Shown: positions 40,095-47,360 of the stretch, piece by piece | Layout of the letters: every line of letters starts with the position of its first letter | Position numbering within the stretch: the first letter of the stretch is position 1 | Virus record (IMG/VR): IMGVR_UViG_3300025466_000048 | Coordinates: 1-53,455 of that record | Source: a virus | Taxonomy: Duplodnaviria; Caudoviricetes | Strand: one strand, 5' to 3' | DNA length: 53,455 nucleotides | Program-made: the position numbers and the translations under genes | The notes under the pieces: generated by a model | Told to the model about the DNA's origin: nothing | Database searches by the model: none | The model's input: the letters and a program-made list of their open reading frames with translations, nothing else

Positions 40095-41537
40095 ATGGCT
40101 GAAAAAACACCTTTGATGTACGATGTTCAAGCACCTGATCAATCTAAAATTAATCCAGCAGGATTTGAAGACCCACGCATAGCTAAAACTTACGAAGATG
40201 TTAATGCATCAAGAGAACAATTAATAAAATCTCTTGAAGAACGTTATGCACAACCAAATTGGTGGAAGATAGCAGCAGGGTTTGCTAAACCACAATTAGG
40301 TGGTTTCATGGCTTCTCTTGGATCTGCTTCAGAGGCGCTTGGAGAGAATGTTGAGCAACAACGTGCCATACAACCTACTATTGCTAACATGAGATCACAG
40401 TTGGCTCAACAAAACTTAGCATTAACACAAAGCAAAGTTGCGGATGAAATTTTGCAAAAAGAAGGAGTTAATTCGCAATCAACTGCAAAAATTGTAAGGC
40501 TTGCGCCTGAGTCACCACAAGCTAAAGCGCTTTTGCAATCGGCACAAGTTGCTAGTACACAAGCTGGCACAAAATCAACAGAATTAAGTACACAAGTCAA
40601 AGCATTGGAATCATCTGGAAAAGATCCACGTATGGCTGCCTTAGCCACAATTTATGCACCAGATGTAAAATTAGAAGATCGAAAAGCAGCTGAAAAAATT
40701 ATCAATGATAGCAAGCCACCTCAAATTGAAGATCAAACATGGGTTGGTATGAGCCCTTATGATAAACAAGAAGCTGTGCGCAAGTATGCAGATACACAAC
40801 GTGAAATAGGACTCACGGAAGAAGAAAAATCACGAGAGCAAGCAAAATCTGCTTATGATCGTTTGCCACTTTTAAGAAACATTCGTGAAACCGCACTTGG
40901 TTTAGGTGTACCTAGTATCAAAGATCCAAATGGGAAAGTTGTTAGTGGCCAAGAGCAAATGGCAGGTTTGTTAAATTATTTTGGTGGAAACAATCCAATT
41001 GAAGTTATTGCTCGCGCTGCAGCAGATGGAAAGTTTGGAGATTTATTAGCAAACATTGATACTTATGCACGTCAATCAGGTATGAGTCCAGAAGCTAGAG
41101 ATAATTTCCAAAAACTTGTAAAAATGTTGAATGAAAATCAAATTAGTATGCGTGGTTCATCATTGAATCCTACTGACGCATTTTCATCAATGCAAACAAT
41201 GGCATCTCCTAATATTGGCAATTCTCAAAAAGCATTGGTAACTTTAGTTGATTTAATGGGGCACTCTGAAAAGCATGCCCAAGAACGACATGGTTACATG
41301 ATTAATGCTGGTATACCTGCACGTCAATTACGTCTTGATCCACAATATCTTTCTTTAGAAAAAAAATATGCGGATCAACATGCAGAAATTGCTAAAAATG
41401 ATCCTACAAAATCTACACCACCCTGGTATAGCCCACCACAGCCATCCACACCTTCTACTAAATCAAGTGCGCGTTCATCTAATGATGGTTTGCCACTTGG
41501 ATTTCACAGAGAAGGAAAAAGAATTGTAAGGGATTAA
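40095..41537 (+). CDS. internal virion protein (putative)
   Basis: TAAGGA RBS; helical; position in ejection cluster. Confidence 0.55.
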   Translation: MAEKTPLMYDVQAPDQSKINPAGFEDPRIAKTYEDVNASREQLIKSLEERYAQPNWWKIAAGFAKPQLGGFMASLGSASEALGENVEQQRAIQPTIANMRSQLAQQNLALTQSKVADEILQKEGVNSQSTAKIVRLAPESPQAKALLQSAQVASTQAGTKSTELSTQVKALESSGKDPRMAALATIYAPDVKLEDRKAAEKIINDSKPPQIEDQTWVGMSPYDKQEAVRKYADTQREIGLTEEEKSREQAKSAYDRLPLLRNIRETALGLGVPSIKDPNGKVVSGQEQMAGLLNYFGGNNPIEVIARAAADGKFGDLLANIDTYARQSGMSPEARDNFQKLVKMLNENQISMRGSSLNPTDAFSSMQTMASPNIGNSQKALVTLVDLMGHSEKHAQERHGYMINAGIPARQLRLDPQYLSLEKKYADQHAEIAKNDPTKSTPPWYSPPQPSTPSTKSSARSSNDGLPLGFHREGKRIVRD

Positions 41538-41538
41538 C

Positions 41539-42792
41539 ATGGCAACTATTGCACAAGACTATAACAATCCTGGAAACTTACGCCCACCCAAAGGCGTAAC
41601 TTATGAAGGACAAATTGGTATTGGTGACAAAGGTTTTGCTATCTTTGAAACTCCCGAAGCTGGCAGAACTGCGCTAATTAATGACATACAACACAAAATA
41701 CAAAATGGTTTAAATACGCCAGATTCTTTTTTAGATAAATATGCACCTGAAGGTGACAACCCTGATGATGTTAGAGACAGATACAAAATTCACTTAATGA
41801 ATCATTTAGGTCTTAAAAGTAGTGATGAGCCTTTTCCTAAAGAATCACATGAAAAATTAGCTGATGCTATTGCACAATTTGAAAGTGGAACACCTAACAT
41901 TGTTGAGCCCAAAACCACAGAAACACAGTCAGAATCAAAAGAAACAATTCCATCAGAAACAGTTAAATCTGTAGAAACAGTTAAATCAGCACCATCACAA
42001 ACAGTTTCTCCTATTGTTGGTGGTGCAATTGGTGCATCATTGGGTGCCTCTGCTGGATCAGTTGCTTCTATTGCTAAAGCCAAATATGACTTGGCAAAAA
42101 AAGGCCTACAAATGGCTGGGATAATTGATAAGCCACAAGCTCAGGTAATTGCGCCCACTCAACCTATTGTTAGTGAACCTGTTCAAAGCGCAGAACTAAC
42201 TGGAGAAACTCCAGGAGGTAAGTGGGGCGCTAAAACTGGCTATGGTGTTGGAGAAGGTACAGTAGAAGATGTTGCTTCTGCATACAAGAGAAGAGCAGGT
42301 CAAGGAAAAATTACAAGTCGACTTTCAAAAATGTATGGAGTCAGAAAACCAGGAGAAAGTCCTGATCTTTTTCAACGCATGATTGACAGAAAAAATGCTA
42401 AAGAAACGGCCGATCTTTTGGCTGAAACACAAAAGGCAGAAGAAGCAGCAACTGCAGCAAAGTTGGCCGAACAAGCAAAGTCAGTGTCTCCTTTGTATGA
42501 ATATGCTAAAAAACTTATTTCTTATCCTGTTAGAGGTTTAATTGGAGGAGCATCACTAGGTGCGGGTGGTGTTGATGCATACAATAAATTTCATCAAGGA
42601 CTAACAGATGAAGCCATATCTTCTGGTCTTGGCGGTATTGCAGGTGCAATTACATCGCCACTTGCTTTGCCAATAGTTGGTGCTTCTCAACTGTATAACG
42701 CTGCTGGTGAACGAATTAGACATCTACAAAAAAATCCAGAAGATTACAAGTTAGACACTAACCAATATGATCCTATGGGAAATCTTCAATGA
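41539..42792 (+). CDS. virion protein with N-terminal lysozyme-like domain
   Basis: NNPGNLR...FAIFETPEAG...KYAP...AIAQFES. Confidence 0.65.
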   Translation: MATIAQDYNNPGNLRPPKGVTYEGQIGIGDKGFAIFETPEAGRTALINDIQHKIQNGLNTPDSFLDKYAPEGDNPDDVRDRYKIHLMNHLGLKSSDEPFPKESHEKLADAIAQFESGTPNIVEPKTTETQSESKETIPSETVKSVETVKSAPSQTVSPIVGGAIGASLGASAGSVASIAKAKYDLAKKGLQMAGIIDKPQAQVIAPTQPIVSEPVQSAELTGETPGGKWGAKTGYGVGEGTVEDVASAYKRRAGQGKITSRLSKMYGVRKPGESPDLFQRMIDRKNAKETADLLAETQKAEEAATAAKLAEQAKSVSPLYEYAKKLISYPVRGLIGGASLGAGGVDAYNKFHQGLTDEAISSGLGGIAGAITSPLALPIVGASQLYNAAGERIRHLQKNPEDYKLDTNQYDPMGNLQ

Positions 42793-42897
42793 TCATTCAT
42801 AATAAAAAACACAAGCCAAAAAACTGATGAATGTAATAAAGCTAAAACAATAAATATCGCAAGTACCATTTTTACCTCTTCTTTGCAGAAGCCATTT

Positions 42898-42929
42898 TCC
42901 CCCAGACTCATCATCTGGGGGATTTTTTT
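42898..42929 (+). terminator. intrinsic terminator at the convergence of + and - blocks
   Basis: TCCCCCAGA-N7-TCTGGGGGA + T7. Confidence 0.85.
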
Positions 42930-43161
42930 ACTTCTCGTTGAGTTCGTAGTAGCGCACTTGCTTTAAGCGCTGACCCACCAATGTGTTGAGACCACTTGCA
43001 ATCTCCACGCACTTCTCTAGCTCATCAGTCCTGATGAAGGGCTCAGCAAAGCGTACAAACGCGTTTGCCATCAAGACGAGGTCATCCTCTAGGAAGTTAT
43101 GATTCTCCTCAAGCATGACCGTTCTGAAGGCGTCTCCGACCTGTTTAGCATTTAACTCCAT
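42928..43161 (-). CDS. hypothetical protein
   Basis: GGAG RBS before ATG 43161 (MELNAKQVG...). Confidence 0.65.
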   Translation of the reverse strand: MELNAKQVGDAFRTVMLEENHNFLEDDLVLMANAFVRFAEPFIRTDELEKCVEIASGLNTLVGQRLKQVRYYELNEK

Positions 43162-43162
43162 A

Positions 43163-43954
43163 TTAAACTCCAAAAGAATTTTTGATTTTCCAGTAGTGCA
43201 AAAGGGTTTGGAACATCTCCCACCCACGTTTGAGGTCGGCTTCTGACCATTCGACAATTCGAATGAGGCCAGGGTAACTAACCGATGCAAACACATTCGC
43301 ACAGCGAGCATGGGGGATGCCGAGTCCGTAGCGGTAGGCTGCGAGTTGCATACACTGTTCGTCATAGCCCTCGATCTTGTCGTCCTCACCAAACTCCTTG
43401 GTCTTCGCATCTAAAACGATCCCCAAGGGGGCTGTTTCGTCTGGCATGCAATGCAAATCCACCTTACCACCGTACCCCATGTTGTTGGAGAAAGAACGCT
43501 CTGTGAGCCATTCTTGGAAGGGGTGAGTACCGAAGTGCTCGAATACCTTTTCCTCGAATGCCTTGGCGATGTCAATGTGCTCGACATCCTTGCGTCCACC
43601 GTACCACTTCTCAATGGATTCGTGGACACGGGTTCCCCGTTCGGCTGCGCGTTTTCCCGTTTCTTTGGAGTCGGCAACGATGCGAGCAATGAAGGCTTGC
43701 TCGGTCTCGCCTTGGACTCGTGGGAGGGTGAGCGCTGCCAACAGCATCTGCTCGTTCTTCCAGACCTCTAGACCGGGCTTAGCGATGACTTTCAAGATGG
43801 TTGATACCGAAGGCACCAAGTTCATCTTGCGAGCGTCTCCAAGCGTTGTAGGGCGGTCTGAGCCGTTCTTTGCCTTAACTGTGTACTGTGGTGCTCCATC
43901 CTCTGCACGGTACCAATGCGTTCCTTCAGAAGCTCTTGCAATAATTGTTGTCAT
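43163..43954 (-). CDS. PD-(D/E)xK (Cas4/lambda-exo-like) exonuclease
   Basis: PSVSTIL, RGTRVH, YGGKVD, LDAKT, QLAAY. Confidence 0.85.
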   Translation of the reverse strand: MTTIIARASEGTHWYRAEDGAPQYTVKAKNGSDRPTTLGDARKMNLVPSVSTILKVIAKPGLEVWKNEQMLLAALTLPRVQGETEQAFIARIVADSKETGKRAAERGTRVHESIEKWYGGRKDVEHIDIAKAFEEKVFEHFGTHPFQEWLTERSFSNNMGYGGKVDLHCMPDETAPLGIVLDAKTKEFGEDDKIEGYDEQCMQLAAYRYGLGIPHARCANVFASVSYPGLIRIVEWSEADLKRGWEMFQTLLHYWKIKNSFGV

Positions 43955-44139
43955 AGTTTCCTCGCTTTCATCATTTCATCTGCTAATGCGTATGCATCTA
44001 ATGCAATAGCATCAATTGGTGCATCTTCGTAGTCAGGACGACTATTCATTGATTGCATGGCAAGACCAGCGAACCAGTCTCTCAAGTCCATGCCTTGTTG
44101 AAAACTCAATGTCTTGTCGTTATATGGAAATGCTTTCAT
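43951..44139 (-). CDS. conserved small phage protein
   Basis: GMDLRDWFAGLAMQ...AYALADEMMKAR. Confidence 0.8.
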   Translation of the reverse strand: MKAFPYNDKTLSFQQGMDLRDWFAGLAMQSMNSRPDYEDAPIDAIALDAYALADEMMKARKL

Positions 44140-44525
44140 TTTCTTCTCTCCAAAATAGGAAGGTTAGCTTCTGTGGGCACATAGATGATTTGGTTTTGTG
44201 AGTGCTCCAAATTGTTAATGTACAAATAGCGCAAATACGCCTCATTGTTGTTGAGTGAGTCACCGATGATTTTGTTGGCCTTGGCTACACCTTCAGCGCG
44301 GATCACCTCAGCGTCAGCAAGGAGCTTGGCTGATTCCATCTTGGCGTGAGCCTCTTGGATGGCGGTCTGCTTAGAGTAGTTGGCTCTGGCTAACTCGGCC
44401 TCACCTTCATTGCGTTGTTCATAGATTTTGTACTGTGGCATGACTAACATGCACGACGGCACAAACACAATTCCAAGGCAAATAAACGCAAGTATTATTC
44501 TGATTAATGATTTATTTTCATCCAT
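44136..44525 (-). CDS. membrane-anchored SPFH-related coiled-coil protein
   Basis: TM then GEAELA...RAEGVAKAN...YLRY...IYVPTEANLPILE. Confidence 0.7.
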   Translation of the reverse strand: MDENKSLIRIILAFICLGIVFVPSCMLVMPQYKIYEQRNEGEAELARANYSKQTAIQEAHAKMESAKLLADAEVIRAEGVAKANKIIGDSLNNNEAYLRYLYINNLEHSQNQIIYVPTEANLPILERRK

Positions 44526-44553
44526 TTTGCTCTCCTAATTTAATCCTTTAGTT

Positions 44554-45195
44554 CTAAAACGGAATATCCGAGTCCACATCTTCATCAATACTTGCAACAG
44601 ATGAAGTGGAGTTGTTGCCACCCTTGGCTTTATTGAACTCAGGGGAAGCAATGATTTTTTGCTTCAAGTTGTCGCTGAATGTCTCAAACATATCCCAGTT
44701 GGGGTTGTCGAGGTTGAACATCTCGATCTTATTGACGCCTTCAGGAAGACCTGCCTTCTTCATCATGGATGGGACTGGCGTCACGGTGTCAATGTTGACG
44801 TAGGTTTTGCCGTCCTTGCCTGGTCGCTCAATCACGTTCAGCAAGCACCAAGCGCCAAGGACTGTTTCCAAGTCAAAGCGACGCATTTCCTCTTGGGTGA
44901 ATGGCTTACCCCTCCATGACTGTAGATCAAGCCTTAGATTGGCTTTCTCGCTCCACGATAGGGTGTAGTTCTTGAACATTGCAAAGGGACGACCATCACG
45001 CATTTTGAGCGTTGTGCCATCCTCTTTGGTGGTGTGGATTTCCCATCCAAGCATGATCTTGTGTAGGAACTTGACTTGACCCATGTACTCAGACTTCTGA
45101 GTGCCTAGATCAACGATTCGGTAGCACCGTGCGAGGTGCATACCAGGTGGACATGATTCAAATGCTCCACCAGATTCTTCAACGTAAAAAGCCAT
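44554..45195 (-). CDS. single-stranded DNA-binding protein (putative)
   Basis: ARCYRIVDLGTQ; acidic tail ending DIPF; perfect 16-bp site at 44606..44621. Confidence 0.75.
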   Translation of the reverse strand: MAFYVEESGGAFESCPPGMHLARCYRIVDLGTQKSEYMGQVKFLHKIMLGWEIHTTKEDGTTLKMRDGRPFAMFKNYTLSWSEKANLRLDLQSWRGKPFTQEEMRRFDLETVLGAWCLLNVIERPGKDGKTYVNIDTVTPVPSMMKKAGLPEGVNKIEMFNLDNPNWDMFETFSDNLKQKIIASPEFNKAKGGNNSTSSVASIDEDVDSDIPF

Positions 45196-45242
45196 AACAT
45201 TCTCCAATAACGAGATAACACGTTCAAATCGAACGCAGACGA

Positions 45243-45291
45243 ACTATAACACGAAATTAGATTAGACAACAACAAATTATTAGATTACAAT
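45243..45291. promoter_or_regulatory. divergent overlapping promoters
   Basis: + strand TAGACA(45263)-17bp-TACAAT(45286); - strand TGnTATAGT at 45251..45243; ATTAGA x3. Confidence 0.6.
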
Positions 45292-45298
45292 AAAAATA

Positions 45299-45446
45299 AC
45301 ACCAAGAAGTGTGGGGGCTGAGTGGGCATGAAGTCGGTCAAGGGCGCTCTGAACTGCAGTGTCTGGCCAGTAAATTGTAGTTAACGCTTTCATCCCGATA
45401 CTCCACGCAGGTCGCAACTGCAATCAGTCTTCACTCTTGTTGGTGT
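45299..45446 (+). ncRNA. candidate structured RNA or long leader, about 150 nt
   Basis: Nested long-range stems with G-U pairs, starting at the predicted TSS. Confidence 0.5.
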
Positions 45447-45466
45447 CATAACAAAAGGAATAAAGA

Positions 45467-45667
45467 ATGACATTGGAGGAATATTTTAAAGACGAGCCAA
45501 GGGGGGCTAAAGCTGAGATGGCTGAGTATTTGGGCATCTCCCCTACATGGCTTGGGCAAATACTTAGTGGGGTGAGGAAGGCATCTCCTAAGCTTGCAAT
45601 AGCGATTGAGAAGGCGACACAAGGCTTGGTCACACGCAAAGACATGCGACCAGACTTGTATCTCTAA
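45467..45667 (+). CDS. Cro/YdaS-like HTH regulator
   Basis: KAEMAEYLGISPTWLGQI..G.RK.SP.LA..IE.AT.G.V....RPD. Confidence 0.88.
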   Translation: MTLEEYFKDEPRGAKAEMAEYLGISPTWLGQILSGVRKASPKLAIAIEKATQGLVTRKDMRPDLYL

Positions 45668-45685
45668 AAAATGATATAGTATTGT

Positions 45686-45762
45686 AGAACACGGATAAGT
45701 TGGGATTGATCCCCTAACTGAAAAGCGTACCTCCCGCCTGCCGTTGTTTCTTTCTGGAGGTG
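45686..45762 (+). promoter_or_regulatory. candidate cis-regulatory RNA with pseudoknot onto GGAGG
   Basis: Multi-stem element; loop TACCTCC complementary to GGAGGTG at 45756. Confidence 0.45.
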
Positions 45763-45775
45763 TTGCGAGGTTTAC

Positions 45776-46369
45776 ATGAAAATTTGTTCTACATGCAAGG
45801 CATCAAAGCCTTTTGAAGAGTTCTATATAAATAAAAGAACTCTTGATGGTTATTGCTATCAATGCAAAAAATGCCAAATTATTTATAACAAAAAATGGAT
45901 TGAAAAAAATCCAGAAAAAAAACAAATATATAAAGAAAAAGATATTTCAAGATTTAATGCTTGGAGCAAAAAATGGCGTGCTGAAAATCCTGAAAAAATT
46001 AAAGAGAGAGATGCAAAATATTATAAAAAAAATTCAGAAAAAATTAAAGAAAAAAAACAAATATATAGAAAAGAAAATCCTGAAATTATTTCTGTTGCAA
46101 GACACCGTTATAGAGCATTAAAACGTAATGCAAGTGGTTCTTATAACAAAGAAGACATTCAATTTTTGTTTATTGCGCAACGTGGTCTTTGTGCCATGTG
46201 TCAGGTAGACATTAAAAAACAAAAACATCATGTAGATCACATCATGCCATTAGCGCGTCAAGGAACAAATGATAAAACAAATTTGCAATTACTTTGCCCA
46301 ACATGCAATCGCAAAAAAAGTGCAAAACACCCCATAGACTTTGCCCAACAAATGGGCTTTCTTTTATAA
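45776..46369 (+). CDS. HNH endonuclease (free-standing, homing-like)
   Basis: N-terminal CxxC...CxxC; CAMC...HVDHIMPL..G.N...NLQLLCPTCNRKK; markedly AT-rich. Confidence 0.92.
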   Translation: MKICSTCKASKPFEEFYINKRTLDGYCYQCKKCQIIYNKKWIEKNPEKKQIYKEKDISRFNAWSKKWRAENPEKIKERDAKYYKKNSEKIKEKKQIYRKENPEIISVARHRYRALKRNASGSYNKEDIQFLFIAQRGLCAMCQVDIKKQKHHVDHIMPLARQGTNDKTNLQLLCPTCNRKKSAKHPIDFAQQMGFLL

Positions 46370-46383
46370 CTTTGGAGAACAAT

Positions 46384-47181
46384 ATGGCAATAAGAATGGT
46401 AAATTTGAAAGACATACGGATTGATGGAGGCACACAATTCCGTGAAGCAATTGATCAAGACTTGGTCAAAGAGTACAAAGAAGACATGCTCGGTGGAGAC
46501 GTTTTTCCTCTGATAGACTGCACATTTGATGGTTCAACTTATTGGTTGGCTCGTGGGTTTCACCGATACTTTGCCATGCAAGCTTTAGGGCTGAAACAAG
46601 TGGAGATCAACTATAAGCCTGGTACTCAAGAGGATGCCCAAGACTGGGCTTTGGGGGACAACGCTGAACATGGCTTGCGTCGCAGTCCAAAGACCAAGCG
46701 CAATCAAGTGGAGTCTGCTCTGTCCATGGAACGCCATAAGGACAAGTCTGACCGTGAAATAGCAAAACTCTGTAAGGTAAGCCACACCTTTGTGGCGTCT
46801 ATGAGAAATCCCAAGGTCAAAGAACGCCAAGCAGAAAACCAGAAAAAACACAAGGAAAGTGGCAACAACTCCACTCCTGTTGAGACTGGCAACAACTCCA
46901 CTTATGTGGAAAAACCATCCATGACTCAAGACTTTGCGCCCTCTGCGGAGGAGCTTGAGGCGAATCAATTGATGATTCAGCGCGACATGGAGGTCATGAA
47001 TAAGATTCTAGAATCTGATGATGTGATTGCTACCCTACACGCTGAAGTCAAGAGGTTAAGCGATGACAATGCAAGCTTACAGAGCCGAGTCAATGCTTTG
47101 ATGAGAGAAAAGAACAAAGCTGTGGAGTTGTTACAGAAAGCCCAACGTGAATTAGACAAACTCAAGAAAGCCAAAAAATGA
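46384..47181 (+). CDS. ParB-like protein (ParB/Srx N-domain + HTH + coiled coil)
   Basis: GGAG RBS; TQFR, FP.I, GFHRYFA, N..HG; HTH SDREIAKLCKVSHTFVASMR; C-terminal heptads. Confidence 0.8.
   Translation: MAIRMVNLKDIRIDGGTQFREAIDQDLVKEYKEDMLGGDVFPLIDCTFDGSTYWLARGFHRYFAMQALGLKQVEINYKPGTQEDAQDWALGDNAEHGLRRSPKTKRNQVESALSMERHKDKSDREIAKLCKVSHTFVASMRNPKVKERQAENQKKHKESGNNSTPVETGNNSTYVEKPSMTQDFAPSAEELEANQLMIQRDMEVMNKILESDDVIATLHAEVKRLSDDNASLQSRVNALMREKNKAVELLQKAQRELDKLKKAKK
46859..46901 (+). repeat. two 16-bp sites (46859 perfect, 46886 15/16) inside the ParB-like gene, starts 27 bp apart
   Basis: Direct read; both read as GNNST. Confidence 0.95.
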
Positions 47182-47360
47182 ACAAAATTGGTGCAATTCT
47201 TTTTTTATTTAAATGCACGTTTATTGTTGCTTTAAGAATGATTAAAGGCTTAACGTGGAACATTATTATGGTTGATCTTGAAGAAAAAAACGGAACACGA
47301 ACACAATTAACTTTTAAACGTGGTATGAAAGACTACCACTTACATGAATGGAATAGATAA
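47178..47360 (+). CDS. small hypothetical protein
   Basis: Coupled at both ends; AT-rich. Confidence 0.5.
   Translation: MNKIGAILFLFKCTFIVALRMIKGLTWNIIMVDLEEKNGTRTQLTFKRGMKDYHLHEWNR

Noticed and set aside
43163-43954. Cas4-like nuclease as CRISPR-associated
   Set aside because: Lies beside the SSB in a recombination block, the usual context for a phage exonuclease
45299-45446. tRNA or 6S RNA
   Set aside because: No TTC-containing T-arm cloverleaf; multibranched rather than a single rod with a central bubble; kept only as an unnamed RNA candidate
45686-45762. Hammerhead or twister ribozyme
   Set aside because: CTGAAAA does not match the CUGANGA core, and twister conserved elements are not evident
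46294-46383. ORF-track N-terminal extension of the ParB-like gene
   Set aside because: Overlaps the HNH C-terminus; ATG 46384 has a GGAG RBS. Similar start corrections were made at 1152, 4262, 4659, 28139, 29322, 43161 and 45195
1760-46901. 16-bp repeat as a CRISPR array or mini-array
   Set aside because: Copies are dispersed, in both orientations and too short; paired copies have 0- or 11-bp gaps; no cas operon
4680-46901. 16-bp repeat as a repeated protein motif or RNA signal
   Set aside because: Read in three different frames or strands, also intergenic, and both sense and antisense to transcription
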